From the IMG/VR virus record IMGVR_UViG_3300012971_000019, positions 1-64,000 of that record: a stretch of 64,000 nucleotides of DNA; one strand, given 5' to 3'. The translations under genes and the position numbers were made by a program. The DNA is from a virus. Lineage: Duplodnaviria > Caudoviricetes. The notes under the pieces were generated by a model. That model made no database searches. It worked only from the letters and a program-made list of their open reading frames with translations, and was not told the DNA's origin. Positions 25,739-34,132 of this stretch are shown here, one piece after another. Every line of letters begins with the position of its first letter. The stretch's first letter is position 1.

Positions 25739-27641
25739 ACGGGGGGAGCTTTTCTACCTCGACGCTGCCGGCAAGCAGCAGGACGCCAAGCTGCACGAGG
25801 AAATCCTCGCAGGCGATCACGACGATGCGCTTGAGGTCACGCGCGAGCGCCTACGCGCCATGGGATGGGCTGATGACGTGATTGCGGATTTTCTCGGTGA
25901 GAACAGGCCGAGCGCTCGATCGCGCGGAGCTGCGGCGCGAGCCGCCCGCCTGGCGGCAGTTGCCTTCGAGGAGTCTCAACATCCGCGTGGGCCGAGCGCG
26001 CCTGGTCACAGCAGCGGCGAGTTCAAGAAGAAGGGGAACGGCGAAGCCGGTGCTGGCGGCGGCGAAGAGAAGCAGGTTGGCGTGGATGTCGGCGGCGACA
26101 AAAAGGCCTCGCCCGAAGTCCCTGAGAGCCTGGTAAAGGCGATCGAGGATCACGTCGAGGCGATGGCGGGCCGAGGGAGTCGCGCCGGTGCGGCCGACCT
26201 GTCGAAATGGCTGTGCCTCACGCATGGCGATGAAATCGAAAAGCTCGTCGATTCGTATAAGCAGGAGGAAGCGACGACAGTCGGCACCACCCCTCGCTTC
26301 GGGCCGATCCTTCTGCTGCACAAGGGCGATACGAAAAAGGGCGTGCCCACCATGTGGTTGCTCACATGGAGCAAGAACGACATCACCAGCATCCATGACC
26401 ATCTCGAATCCGAGGTCGGCGTTTCGGTGTTGCGCGGCAACGTCGGCAATCGCGCGTATAGTACCGGCGAAGGGTATCTCGACAAAGCGAAAAGCAAGGA
26501 AGGTTTGGAGTCGCGTTTTGGCGAACAAATCCTAAAGCCAAAGCAAACCGTACAAATTAAGTCGCCCTACATTCACGAAATGTATGGCACCGCCGAGTCA
26601 GGCCAGAAGCGCGACATCACCGTGCACGCGTATTATCCGCCGCTCTCGCACATGCACTATTTCAGGAAAGACAAGGACGGCAAGCTGCACTATGCCGGTG
26701 ACTGGGACGAGGATCGCGAACCACAAGACTGCATGATCGAAACCGGCGAGCCGACGAAGGGGCCGTCGAAAGCAACCGCCAGCATGGGCTTTTGTCCGTG
26801 CTGCAGCGTCAAGCGCGAATTGGCCAGATGGGGTGCGGATGCACCGCGTCACGAGCCGAGTGCTCGATCCCGGCGGGCCGAGGGGCGAGCTGCGCGCCTG
26901 GCGGCAATCGCGTGGGATGAATCGAAGCACAAGCGCGGCAAGACTTCACCCGGAACGACGCCGGGGAGCTTTGCCCCGGAGGGCGGCGGCGAGGAAGGCG
27001 GCGGCGAGGCCAAGCGCGAAAAGGCCGCGCCAGAGCGCAAGACGACTGCGGTCAAGCCGTCGATCGCCAACGCCGACAAGATCAAGGCCGCCTGGGTTGC
27101 GGCGTCACCGCACACCTCGGTCGATAGCCTGGTCGAGCATGCGCCCGCCGATCAGGGCGAGCTGGTGACCCTCGCGCAGCAGATCGAGCGCGACACCGGC
27201 GCCAAGCTGCACAATCCTGGCATCAAGAAGCGGGAGCGGATCGAGGAGAAGCTCAAGCTCGCCGGCCGCAAGCCGCAGTCGATCTCCGACGCCGTGCGCC
27301 TCGGGTTCGAGGTCTCATCGCCCGAGCAGGCCGACGCGATCATCGATCGGCTGAAGCAAAAATATCTGGTGGCCGACGAGGGCTGGCAGATGAAGCCGGT
27401 CGGCTACTTCGATCGCAAGGTCACCTTGCGCTTTGCCGATGGGATGATGGGCGAGGTGCAGCTCTGGCCGACCATCATGCTGGTCGCGAAGCAGACGAAG
27501 GGTCACGCACTCTACGAGCGGGCCCGGACGTTGCCGCCAGGGCCGGCGAAAGAAGAAGCGAACCGGGAGATGAGCAGCTTCTACCACGGCCTCGATGTGC
27601 CGAGGGCCTGGAAGGACGAGCTGGGCAGGTTCGGGAGCTGA
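25731..27641 (+). CDS. small N-terminal module + tag + cysteine-dioxygenase-like cupin + tag + RelA/SpoT synthetase-like domain
   Basis: WLLTW..NDITSIHDH...YIHEM...TVHAYYPPL cupin; KKRERIEEK...ISDAVR...GYFDRK...EVQL...GHALYE. Confidence 0.85.
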   Translation: MPERGELFYLDAAGKQQDAKLHEEILAGDHDDALEVTRERLRAMGWADDVIADFLGENRPSARSRGAAARAARLAAVAFEESQHPRGPSAPGHSSGEFKKKGNGEAGAGGGEEKQVGVDVGGDKKASPEVPESLVKAIEDHVEAMAGRGSRAGAADLSKWLCLTHGDEIEKLVDSYKQEEATTVGTTPRFGPILLLHKGDTKKGVPTMWLLTWSKNDITSIHDHLESEVGVSVLRGNVGNRAYSTGEGYLDKAKSKEGLESRFGEQILKPKQTVQIKSPYIHEMYGTAESGQKRDITVHAYYPPLSHMHYFRKDKDGKLHYAGDWDEDREPQDCMIETGEPTKGPSKATASMGFCPCCSVKRELARWGADAPRHEPSARSRRAEGRAARLAAIAWDESKHKRGKTSPGTTPGSFAPEGGGEEGGGEAKREKAAPERKTTAVKPSIANADKIKAAWVAASPHTSVDSLVEHAPADQGELVTLAQQIERDTGAKLHNPGIKKRERIEEKLKLAGRKPQSISDAVRLGFEVSSPEQADAIIDRLKQKYLVADEGWQMKPVGYFDRKVTLRFADGMMGEVQLWPTIMLVAKQTKGHALYERARTLPPGPAKEEANREMSSFYHGLDVPRAWKDELGRFGS

Positions 27642-27802
27642 GGCCAGCGTTCCTCGAACGCTTGCCTGCTCATGACGGCGGCGTTGTAGCCGACCTCGGA
27701 CGAATCGATCTCGTGCCATTTGCCATCGACGAACCACCAGGCCTCACCGTGGGTGTAGAGCGTGGGGTTGCCGTCGAGGCTCGCGTAAACGATGTCAGCC
27801 AT
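27581..27802 (-). CDS. 73-aa aromatic-rich protein convergent on and overlapping the RelA/SpoT domain; putative immunity protein
   Basis: MADIVYASLDGNPTLYTHGEAWWFVDGKWHEIDSSEV...FEERWPQLPNLP looks protein-like; only minus-strand gene in the head module. Confidence 0.65.
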   Translation of the reverse strand: MADIVYASLDGNPTLYTHGEAWWFVDGKWHEIDSSEVGYNAAVMSRQAFEERWPQLPNLPSSSFQALGTSRPW

Positions 27803-27861
27803 GCACCTAGTATTTATTCGCGCCAGGGTGGCGCGTCAAGGCGCAAGCCCAGGAGGCAACG

Positions 27862-29634
27862 ATGCCGATCCCGAAGCCAGGCGGTGGCGAATCCGAAAGC
27901 GACTACGTCAGCCGGTGCATGGAGAAGCTCGCCGACGATTTCCCCGATCAAGAACAGCGGGCGGCCGTTTGCTACCGCACATACCGAGAGGCTAACGCCA
28001 TGCCGAACATCACTGCCCAGGAAGAGGACGACGAGGACGAGCGCCGCCGTCGCGCCCGCGCCCGCAAGGAGGACGATGACGAAGGCGACGACAACGACGA
28101 TGATGATGATGACGAAGAGGAAGGCGACGACGAGGAGCGCGAAGATCGGCGCCCGCGGCGTCGCGGCGGCGAGCGCGAGAGCCAGGCCGGCAACGGCTAC
28201 AGCGCCCGTGCGCCGCGGCCCTGGTTCCAGATGAAGGCCAAGGACGACAAGTCGACCGCGGAGGTGCTCATCTACGATGAGATCGGCCCCGGGATGTTCG
28301 GCGGTGGTCTGTCCGCCAAGGACTTCCACAAGGAGCTGCAGGGGCTGGGCAAGGTCAAGGAGATCATGCTGCGGATCAATTCGCCGGGCGGCAACGTCTT
28401 CGACGGCCTTGCGATCTACAACATGCTCAAGGCTCATCCGGCGCGCATCACCGCCAAGGTCGATGGTGTGGCGGCGTCGGCGGCGTCGCTGGTCGCCATG
28501 GCGGCCGACAAGATCACCATGCCGAAGAACGGGTTCCTGATGCTGCACAAGCCTCAGGCGATGGTCATGGGCGATGTCGACGACATGCGGGCGATGGCCG
28601 ACGATCTCGAACGCATGACCAAAGTTTTCGCCCAGTGCTATTCGGCACGCTCGAACGGCAAGAAGACGGCCAAAGAGATGACGGTGCTCATGGCCGAGTC
28701 GCGGTTGATGGATGCGACCGAGGCGATGGCGTTCGGGCTCACCGACGAGGTCGCGGACCCGGTGAAGATGACGGCGTGCTTCGACATCCGCAAGCTGCCG
28801 ACGAGGGCCGCCCAGGCGCGCATCCAGGCCGAGTTCACTGTGGCGACCGGCTGGGGCATCCCGAAGGACGACGACGAGGATGAGGACGAGAACGTGATCG
28901 AGACCGGCTCGGTCGATCCGTTCGACGACACGGCGTTGCTTCCGGTCGATGAGAACGGCCTGATGGTGCCGCCGGCCAAGGGCGGCAAGAGCGTCGAGGA
29001 GTCGTACGAGAGTGGGCTTTCGACCCCGCCGTTCAACGATCTCGGCAGCGAGCCCGAGGATTTGGACACCGAGTCATCGTCGCTCGACCTTCCGAGGAAG
29101 GGCGGCAAGGGAAAGAGGAGCGCGAAGATGAAGGCGCAGGATGACGATCTCTTCGGCACGGGCTCACCGGGCGATGCCGGCAAGGCGACCAAAAAGGTGG
29201 CGCCGAAGGAGTACGACGACGAGGAAGAGGACGAGGAGTCCGAGCTGTTCGGCGAGGGCGCGGTGAGCACCGAGCGGGCGAGCAAGGCCTCGCGCAAAGC
29301 GGTCGAGGCGCTCCGCGTTGCCGCTGGCGTTCGGCCCTATGGTCGCAAAGAGATGAAGGAGACGATGGAGCTGTGCGCGCTCGCTGGCGTATCGGCCAAG
29401 GTCGCGCACGAGTTCATCGCACAGAAAACGCCGGTCGCCCAGGTGCGGCGCGAGCTGATGGACCGGCGTGTGCTCCGCGACGCCGAGACCCAAATCCTTG
29501 GCCGTCAGCCGGCCTACGACGCCGCGCGCAGCGAAAAGGAATCACAGAACTCTTGGCAGAAAGCGATCAACGAGGTGAACGCAAGAGTCGTGATGCCCGA
29601 GGTGGGGAAAACAATGATCGATCGTTCAAACTGA
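27862..29634 (+). CDS. ClpP-type (S14) prohead protease with N-terminal extension and C-terminal scaffold
   Basis: LIYDEIG, INSPGGNVFDGLAIYN, GVAASAAS (Ser), MLHKP (His); acidic linkers; helical C-terminal scaffold. Confidence 0.95.
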   Translation: MPIPKPGGGESESDYVSRCMEKLADDFPDQEQRAAVCYRTYREANAMPNITAQEEDDEDERRRRARARKEDDDEGDDNDDDDDDEEEGDDEEREDRRPRRRGGERESQAGNGYSARAPRPWFQMKAKDDKSTAEVLIYDEIGPGMFGGGLSAKDFHKELQGLGKVKEIMLRINSPGGNVFDGLAIYNMLKAHPARITAKVDGVAASAASLVAMAADKITMPKNGFLMLHKPQAMVMGDVDDMRAMADDLERMTKVFAQCYSARSNGKKTAKEMTVLMAESRLMDATEAMAFGLTDEVADPVKMTACFDIRKLPTRAAQARIQAEFTVATGWGIPKDDDEDEDENVIETGSVDPFDDTALLPVDENGLMVPPAKGGKSVEESYESGLSTPPFNDLGSEPEDLDTESSSLDLPRKGGKGKRSAKMKAQDDDLFGTGSPGDAGKATKKVAPKEYDDEEEDEESELFGEGAVSTERASKASRKAVEALRVAAGVRPYGRKEMKETMELCALAGVSAKVAHEFIAQKTPVAQVRRELMDRRVLRDAETQILGRQPAYDAARSEKESQNSWQKAINEVNARVVMPEVGKTMIDRSN

Positions 29635-29649
29635 GAATGGAGAGACATC

Positions 29650-30036
29650 ATGGTAACCTTTACCGAACCTCGGCATCCTGGTGAATTCGTGCTCTGGGAG
29701 CAGGGCGGTCATCTGAGCCGAGACAATATCGTCATCGCGTCCGGTCAAGGAGTCGTCAAAGCCGGAACGGTGCTTGGCAAGGTGACGGCGAGCGGCAAAT
29801 ACCTCATTTCCGCTCCTGCCGCGGCTGATGGATCGCAAACGCCGGCAGCACTCAACCTTTACCAGGTTGATGCGACCAGCGCTGATCAGCCGGTCTCGGC
29901 GATCACGCGTGAAGCGGAAATCAACGGGCCGACGATCACCTACCATTCGACCATCAACACCGGTCCGTTGGTCGTGGCAGCAAACGCATCGCTGGCGGCG
30001 GCCCACATCATCGTGCGGTCGCGCACGACACCGTAG
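29650..30036 (+). CDS. head decoration protein (gpD/HDPD-like)
   Basis: SRDNIVIASGQGVVKAGTVLGKVTASGKY...AADGSQTPAA; position before capsid. Confidence 0.9.
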   Translation: MVTFTEPRHPGEFVLWEQGGHLSRDNIVIASGQGVVKAGTVLGKVTASGKYLISAPAAADGSQTPAALNLYQVDATSADQPVSAITREAEINGPTITYHSTINTGPLVVAANASLAAAHIIVRSRTTP

Positions 30037-30063
30037 CGATCAGCCGCATATACGAGCCGCAAG

Positions 30064-30087
30064 GCCGCGCGGGAGCGCGGCTTTTTT
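30064..30087 (+). terminator. intrinsic terminator-like hairpin between decoration and major capsid genes
   Basis: GCCGCGC-GGGA-GCGCGGC-TTTTTT. Confidence 0.7.
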
Positions 30088-30140
30088 GTTGTCCCGAAGC
30101 CCGCCGCGACGGCGCGCATCCCTCGATGGAGTGATTCGAA

Positions 30141-31163
30141 ATGTTACTCGACATCTTCAACAACAACGCGTTCGGGGTGATTGCTCTCACCGACGCGGTG
30201 AACAAGCTCCGCTTTGTCCCAGGACTGCTGGGCAAGATGGGGCTCTTTACGGAAACCTCGATCTCCGTGACGACCGCGACGATCGAAGATCGCCAGGGCG
30301 TCCTGGCGCTGGTGCCACCGACACCACGCGGTGGGCCCGGTCTTGCGATCGACAAGTTCAAGCGTCACCTGTTCGCGATCCCGGTGCCGCACTTCGAGAT
30401 CAACGACTCGGTGATGGCCGAGGAGGTGCAGAACCTCCGGCCGTTCGGTGAATCGACCGGTCTCATGTCGGTGCAGACGATGCTCTCGCAACGGCTGCAG
30501 CAGCATTCGCAATCGGTGGAAGCCACGCTCGAATACTCGCGGGTCGGCGCGGTCAAGGGCGTCATCACCTACGCGGACGGAACGACCCTCGATCTGTTTG
30601 CGACGTTCGGCGTCTCGCAACTCCCCGCGGTGCTGTTCGACCTCAGCAACGCCACGCCGGTCGCGGGTATCGTGCGTCAGAAATGTGCGGGGGCGATCCG
30701 CAGCATCGCGACCCAGCTCGACGGCGTGCCGTTCTCGGGCGTGTACGCGATCTGTGGCGATCAGTTCTTCGACAACCTGATTGCCAACGTCGAAGTCCGC
30801 GCCTCGTTCCTCAATCAAATCCAGGCCGCGGAACTGCGGACGGGATACGTGCATGGCGGCATGTCCTACGGTCGCTTCGAGTTCGGCGGCATCGTGTGGG
30901 AGAACTATCGTGGTTCGGTCGGCGGCCAACTCTTCGTCGATACCGACAAGTGCCACATCATGCCGCTGGTGCCAGGGCTATTCCGCACCGTATACGCACC
31001 GGCGGATTACATCGAGACCGTGAACACGCTCGGGCAGCGCATGTATGCCAAGCAGTTCCCGATGCCCAACGGCAAGGGCATCCATCTCGATACGCAGACC
31101 AACGGGCTTTGCTACTGCACGCGCCCGAACGTGCTGCTGGTTGGCCATATGGGCGCAACCTAA
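30141..31163 (+). CDS. major capsid protein (lambda gpE family)
   Basis: NAFGVIALTDAVN...FTETSI...TLEYSRVGAVKG...FEFGGIVWENYRG...DTQTNGLCYCTRP. Confidence 0.93.
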   Translation: MLLDIFNNNAFGVIALTDAVNKLRFVPGLLGKMGLFTETSISVTTATIEDRQGVLALVPPTPRGGPGLAIDKFKRHLFAIPVPHFEINDSVMAEEVQNLRPFGESTGLMSVQTMLSQRLQQHSQSVEATLEYSRVGAVKGVITYADGTTLDLFATFGVSQLPAVLFDLSNATPVAGIVRQKCAGAIRSIATQLDGVPFSGVYAICGDQFFDNLIANVEVRASFLNQIQAAELRTGYVHGGMSYGRFEFGGIVWENYRGSVGGQLFVDTDKCHIMPLVPGLFRTVYAPADYIETVNTLGQRMYAKQFPMPNGKGIHLDTQTNGLCYCTRPNVLLVGHMGAT

Positions 31164-31174
31164 TCGGTGGCGCA

Positions 31175-31537
31175 ATGACCATCGATTTCAACGCAACCGT
31201 ACTCCAGGCGGCACAGGATGCTTTCGGCCGCCCGGTCTCGATCTTCCCCATTAGATCGCAACCGGGCATGCCGCCTTATACGGTGCGCGGAATCTTTTCG
31301 AGTGATCCGCTTACGGTGGCGACGGAGGGCGGTGGTGCGTTCTCCGACCAGTACACCACGCTCGACATCCGCGACAGCGAGCTGACGGTTCTACCGACGA
31401 CGTACGATCAGGTCACGATCGGCGTCGTGCAGGAGATCACGTCGGGCCTCGGGCAATTCGAGATCGAGGACACACGACATGACGGCCAAGGCGCCACGCA
31501 GCTCGTGCTCAAGCGGATCAAGGTGGCGGCGCCATGA
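31175..31537 (+). CDS. head-tail joining protein (FII-like)
   Basis: AFGRPV...VRGIF...HDGQGATQLVL; position. Confidence 0.75.
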   Translation: MTIDFNATVLQAAQDAFGRPVSIFPIRSQPGMPPYTVRGIFSSDPLTVATEGGGAFSDQYTTLDIRDSELTVLPTTYDQVTIGVVQEITSGLGQFEIEDTRHDGQGATQLVLKRIKVAAP

Positions 31538-32160
31538 ATGCCGTGACCATCAGCGACACGACCAATAGCTATACGCTGCTGATCCGTGACGGGATACTTG
31601 CACGGCTCAAGAAGCTCGGCTTCTTCGTGCCGTTCAAGACCTTTCGCCGCAGTCCGATGCATGTCGTCCAGGATGACGAGCTGCCATACGCGGCAGTTTA
31701 TCTGCTGCCCGAAATACTTGAGCCGTGGGGCGACGCCAATGCCGGCGAGCCGCGCTTTACCCACAGTGCGCAGTTCGGTTTCTCCGTCATCATCCTCAAC
31801 AATGACGACGACACGCAAGAGAACCAGCTCGACACGGCGCACTGGGCGATCATGAGCCTGCTCACCGATGCATCTCTGGTGGGGATGGAGGCAAACTGCT
31901 CGCCCTACCCGACGAGCGAGCCGATCAGGATCGAGGGCGTGACGCGCATTGCGCGCCAGCACATCTACGGCACCATCGGCAAGAGCGAGACGCCGGTGGC
32001 TGAGCTGCGCATGCAGATGACGGTCACGTTCCACAGCGTCTGGCCGCCGGTTGAAAAGGACGACCTCAAGGTCATCCACGTTACGACGGCGTTCCCCATC
32101 GACGGCGACACCGCATCGACGGTGCAGGTGCAGTCGGAATACGACATCCCGCAGAACTGA
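31534..32160 (+). CDS. tail completion/terminator protein
   Basis: position before sheath; ELPYAAVY...ENQLD. Confidence 0.6.
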   Translation: MNAVTISDTTNSYTLLIRDGILARLKKLGFFVPFKTFRRSPMHVVQDDELPYAAVYLLPEILEPWGDANAGEPRFTHSAQFGFSVIILNNDDDTQENQLDTAHWAIMSLLTDASLVGMEANCSPYPTSEPIRIEGVTRIARQHIYGTIGKSETPVAELRMQMTVTFHSVWPPVEKDDLKVIHVTTAFPIDGDTASTVQVQSEYDIPQN

Positions 32161-32168
32161 GGTTCCCC

Positions 32169-32522
32169 ATGTTCATCCATCCGAAGTTCAAAGGCGCGCC
32201 ACCCGCGCCGCCGATGAAAATGATCCGCGTGTGGGCCTCGACCGAGGTGCTGCGCAAGCGCGTGTTTCACCCGAGCGGAATCCGCTTCCAGGCCGACATC
32301 AATCAGTCGGTTGCCTGGCCCGAGGATCAATTCACGCTGCGCCGGATCGCGGACGGTACCGTGCTCACCCATCCGCCCGGAGAGGCCTCGCAATCGAGCG
32401 AGGAGGCTCAGACAGAGCCCGATCCAATGCCCGGGGACTTACCCAAGCCCGTCGCGCCAACCGCGCGTGGCGGGCCGGGCACACCGGCTGAGAAGCCCGA
32501 GAAACCAAAATCCCGGAAGTGA
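32169..32522 (+). CDS. DUF2635 / Mu gp38-like protein
   Basis: WPEDQFTLRRIADGTV motif immediately before sheath. Confidence 0.7.
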   Translation: MFIHPKFKGAPPAPPMKMIRVWASTEVLRKRVFHPSGIRFQADINQSVAWPEDQFTLRRIADGTVLTHPPGEASQSSEEAQTEPDPMPGDLPKPVAPTARGGPGTPAEKPEKPKSRK

Positions 32523-32602
32523 AACGGTTCCTGGGCAGGACCGCTCGGCCCGCGGTGACGCGCGTCATTCCGTTCATGGAGCCCCCCTAAAGGAGAAAAG
32601 CT

Positions 32603-34132
32603 ATGCCGATTAGCTTTGATAACATACCGGCGTCGTGGAAATTGCCGCTCTACTGGGTCGAGGCGGACCCTTCATTCGCTGGCTTACCTATCGTGAAAGA
32701 CCCCGCCCTTATCATCGGCACTATGTCGGCGACGGGGAGCGGTCCGCCCGATGTGCCGACGCCGATCGGCAGTCTTGCGCATGCGCGCGACCTTTACGGA
32801 CAGGGTTCGCAGCTCGCCGGGATGATGGAGGCGTTCTTCAACAACAACTTTGCCCAGGAGACGTGGGCGGTTGGCGTGGCGGAACCTTCAGCCGGCACGG
32901 CAGCGACCGGTACGATCACGGTGACCGGGCCCGCCACCGACGCGGGCAGCGTGTTCTTCTATATTGCCGGCCATCCGGTGCAGGTCGGTATCAGCGTCGG
33001 CGACACCGCTGACGCCATTGCCACCAACATCGCGGCAGCGATCACGGCCGATCCTGACTTGCCGGTTACCGCGGCGGCCACGACCAACGTCGTCACGGTC
33101 ACCTGTCGATGGAAGGGGGCCACCGGTACCGACATTGATCTGCGCGACAGCTACTACGGTGCGCTGGGCGGCGAGACCATTCCGTCTGGCGTGAGCTTCG
33201 CCTATCCGGCCGCCAACAAGCTCACCGGCGGCGCTGGTATTCCGACGTTCACCACCATGATCACCAACCTGGGCGAACAGGAGTTCGATTACATCGCGTT
33301 CCCGTTCACCGACTCCAACAGCTTGCTGGCGATGGAGACCGAGATGGGGTTCGGCGACCTCGGTCGCTGGGGCTGGATGCGCCAGCTCTATGGCCAGCTC
33401 GTCTCGGCGAAGCGGGATACCTTCCCCAACCTGATCACCTGGGGTGCGACACGTAACGCACCGACGACCTCGGTGTGGGCGATCGAGCCCGATGCACCGT
33501 CACCGGTGTGGGAATGGACGGCAGCGATCAACGCGAAGGCCGCGCGTGCCCTGTCCAACGATCCGGCGCGCCCGCTCCAGACGCTACAGCTCACCGGCAT
33601 TCTGCCAGCCAAGCTGCACCAGCGCTTCAATCTCAATGAGCTGAACACGTTCGCCGGCAATGGCCTCGCGACGCAGAAAACCCTGGCCGACAATATCCCG
33701 CAAATCGCGCGGGATACCACGACGTACCAGTACAATCTCTATGGCCAGTCGGACGACGCCTACGAGCTGATGACGACGCTCGCCACACTGGCCAAGCTGT
33801 TTCGCAATCAAAGGCACGCCATAACCTCGAAATTCCCGCGCCACAAACTTGCGAACGACGGGACTCGCTTTGGCGTTGGCCAAAAAATCGTGACGCCGAA
33901 GATCATCAAAGCCGAGCTGATCGCGGAATACCGCGAGGACGAGTTCAACGGCCTGGTCGAGAACGCGGCGGCCTTCGCAGCTAACCTGGTCGTGGAAAGG
34001 GACCCAAATAACCCCAATAGAGTAAACGTACTATATCCGCCAGATTTGGTGAACCAATTGAGAATTTTCGCAGTCTTAGCCCAGTTCCGCCTCCAGTTCG
34101 ACCGTGGTGTTGACACAGTAATAGCTGCGTGA
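32603..34132 (+). CDS. tail sheath protein (Mu gpL-like)
   Basis: MPISFDNIPASWKLPLYWVE, YGQGSQLAGM, DPARPLQTL, VERDPNNPNRVNVLYPPDLVNQL. Confidence 0.96.
   Translation: MPISFDNIPASWKLPLYWVEADPSFAGLPIVKDPALIIGTMSATGSGPPDVPTPIGSLAHARDLYGQGSQLAGMMEAFFNNNFAQETWAVGVAEPSAGTAATGTITVTGPATDAGSVFFYIAGHPVQVGISVGDTADAIATNIAAAITADPDLPVTAAATTNVVTVTCRWKGATGTDIDLRDSYYGALGGETIPSGVSFAYPAANKLTGGAGIPTFTTMITNLGEQEFDYIAFPFTDSNSLLAMETEMGFGDLGRWGWMRQLYGQLVSAKRDTFPNLITWGATRNAPTTSVWAIEPDAPSPVWEWTAAINAKAARALSNDPARPLQTLQLTGILPAKLHQRFNLNELNTFAGNGLATQKTLADNIPQIARDTTTYQYNLYGQSDDAYELMTTLATLAKLFRNQRHAITSKFPRHKLANDGTRFGVGQKIVTPKIIKAELIAEYREDEFNGLVENAAAFAANLVVERDPNNPNRVNVLYPPDLVNQLRIFAVLAQFRLQFDRGVDTVIAA

Noticed and set aside
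18173-27641. MuF domain as carrier of the toxins
   Set aside because: No MuF-type motifs (e.g. HPNCRC-like) seen in any ORF of the head module by eye; an HMM search should confirm.
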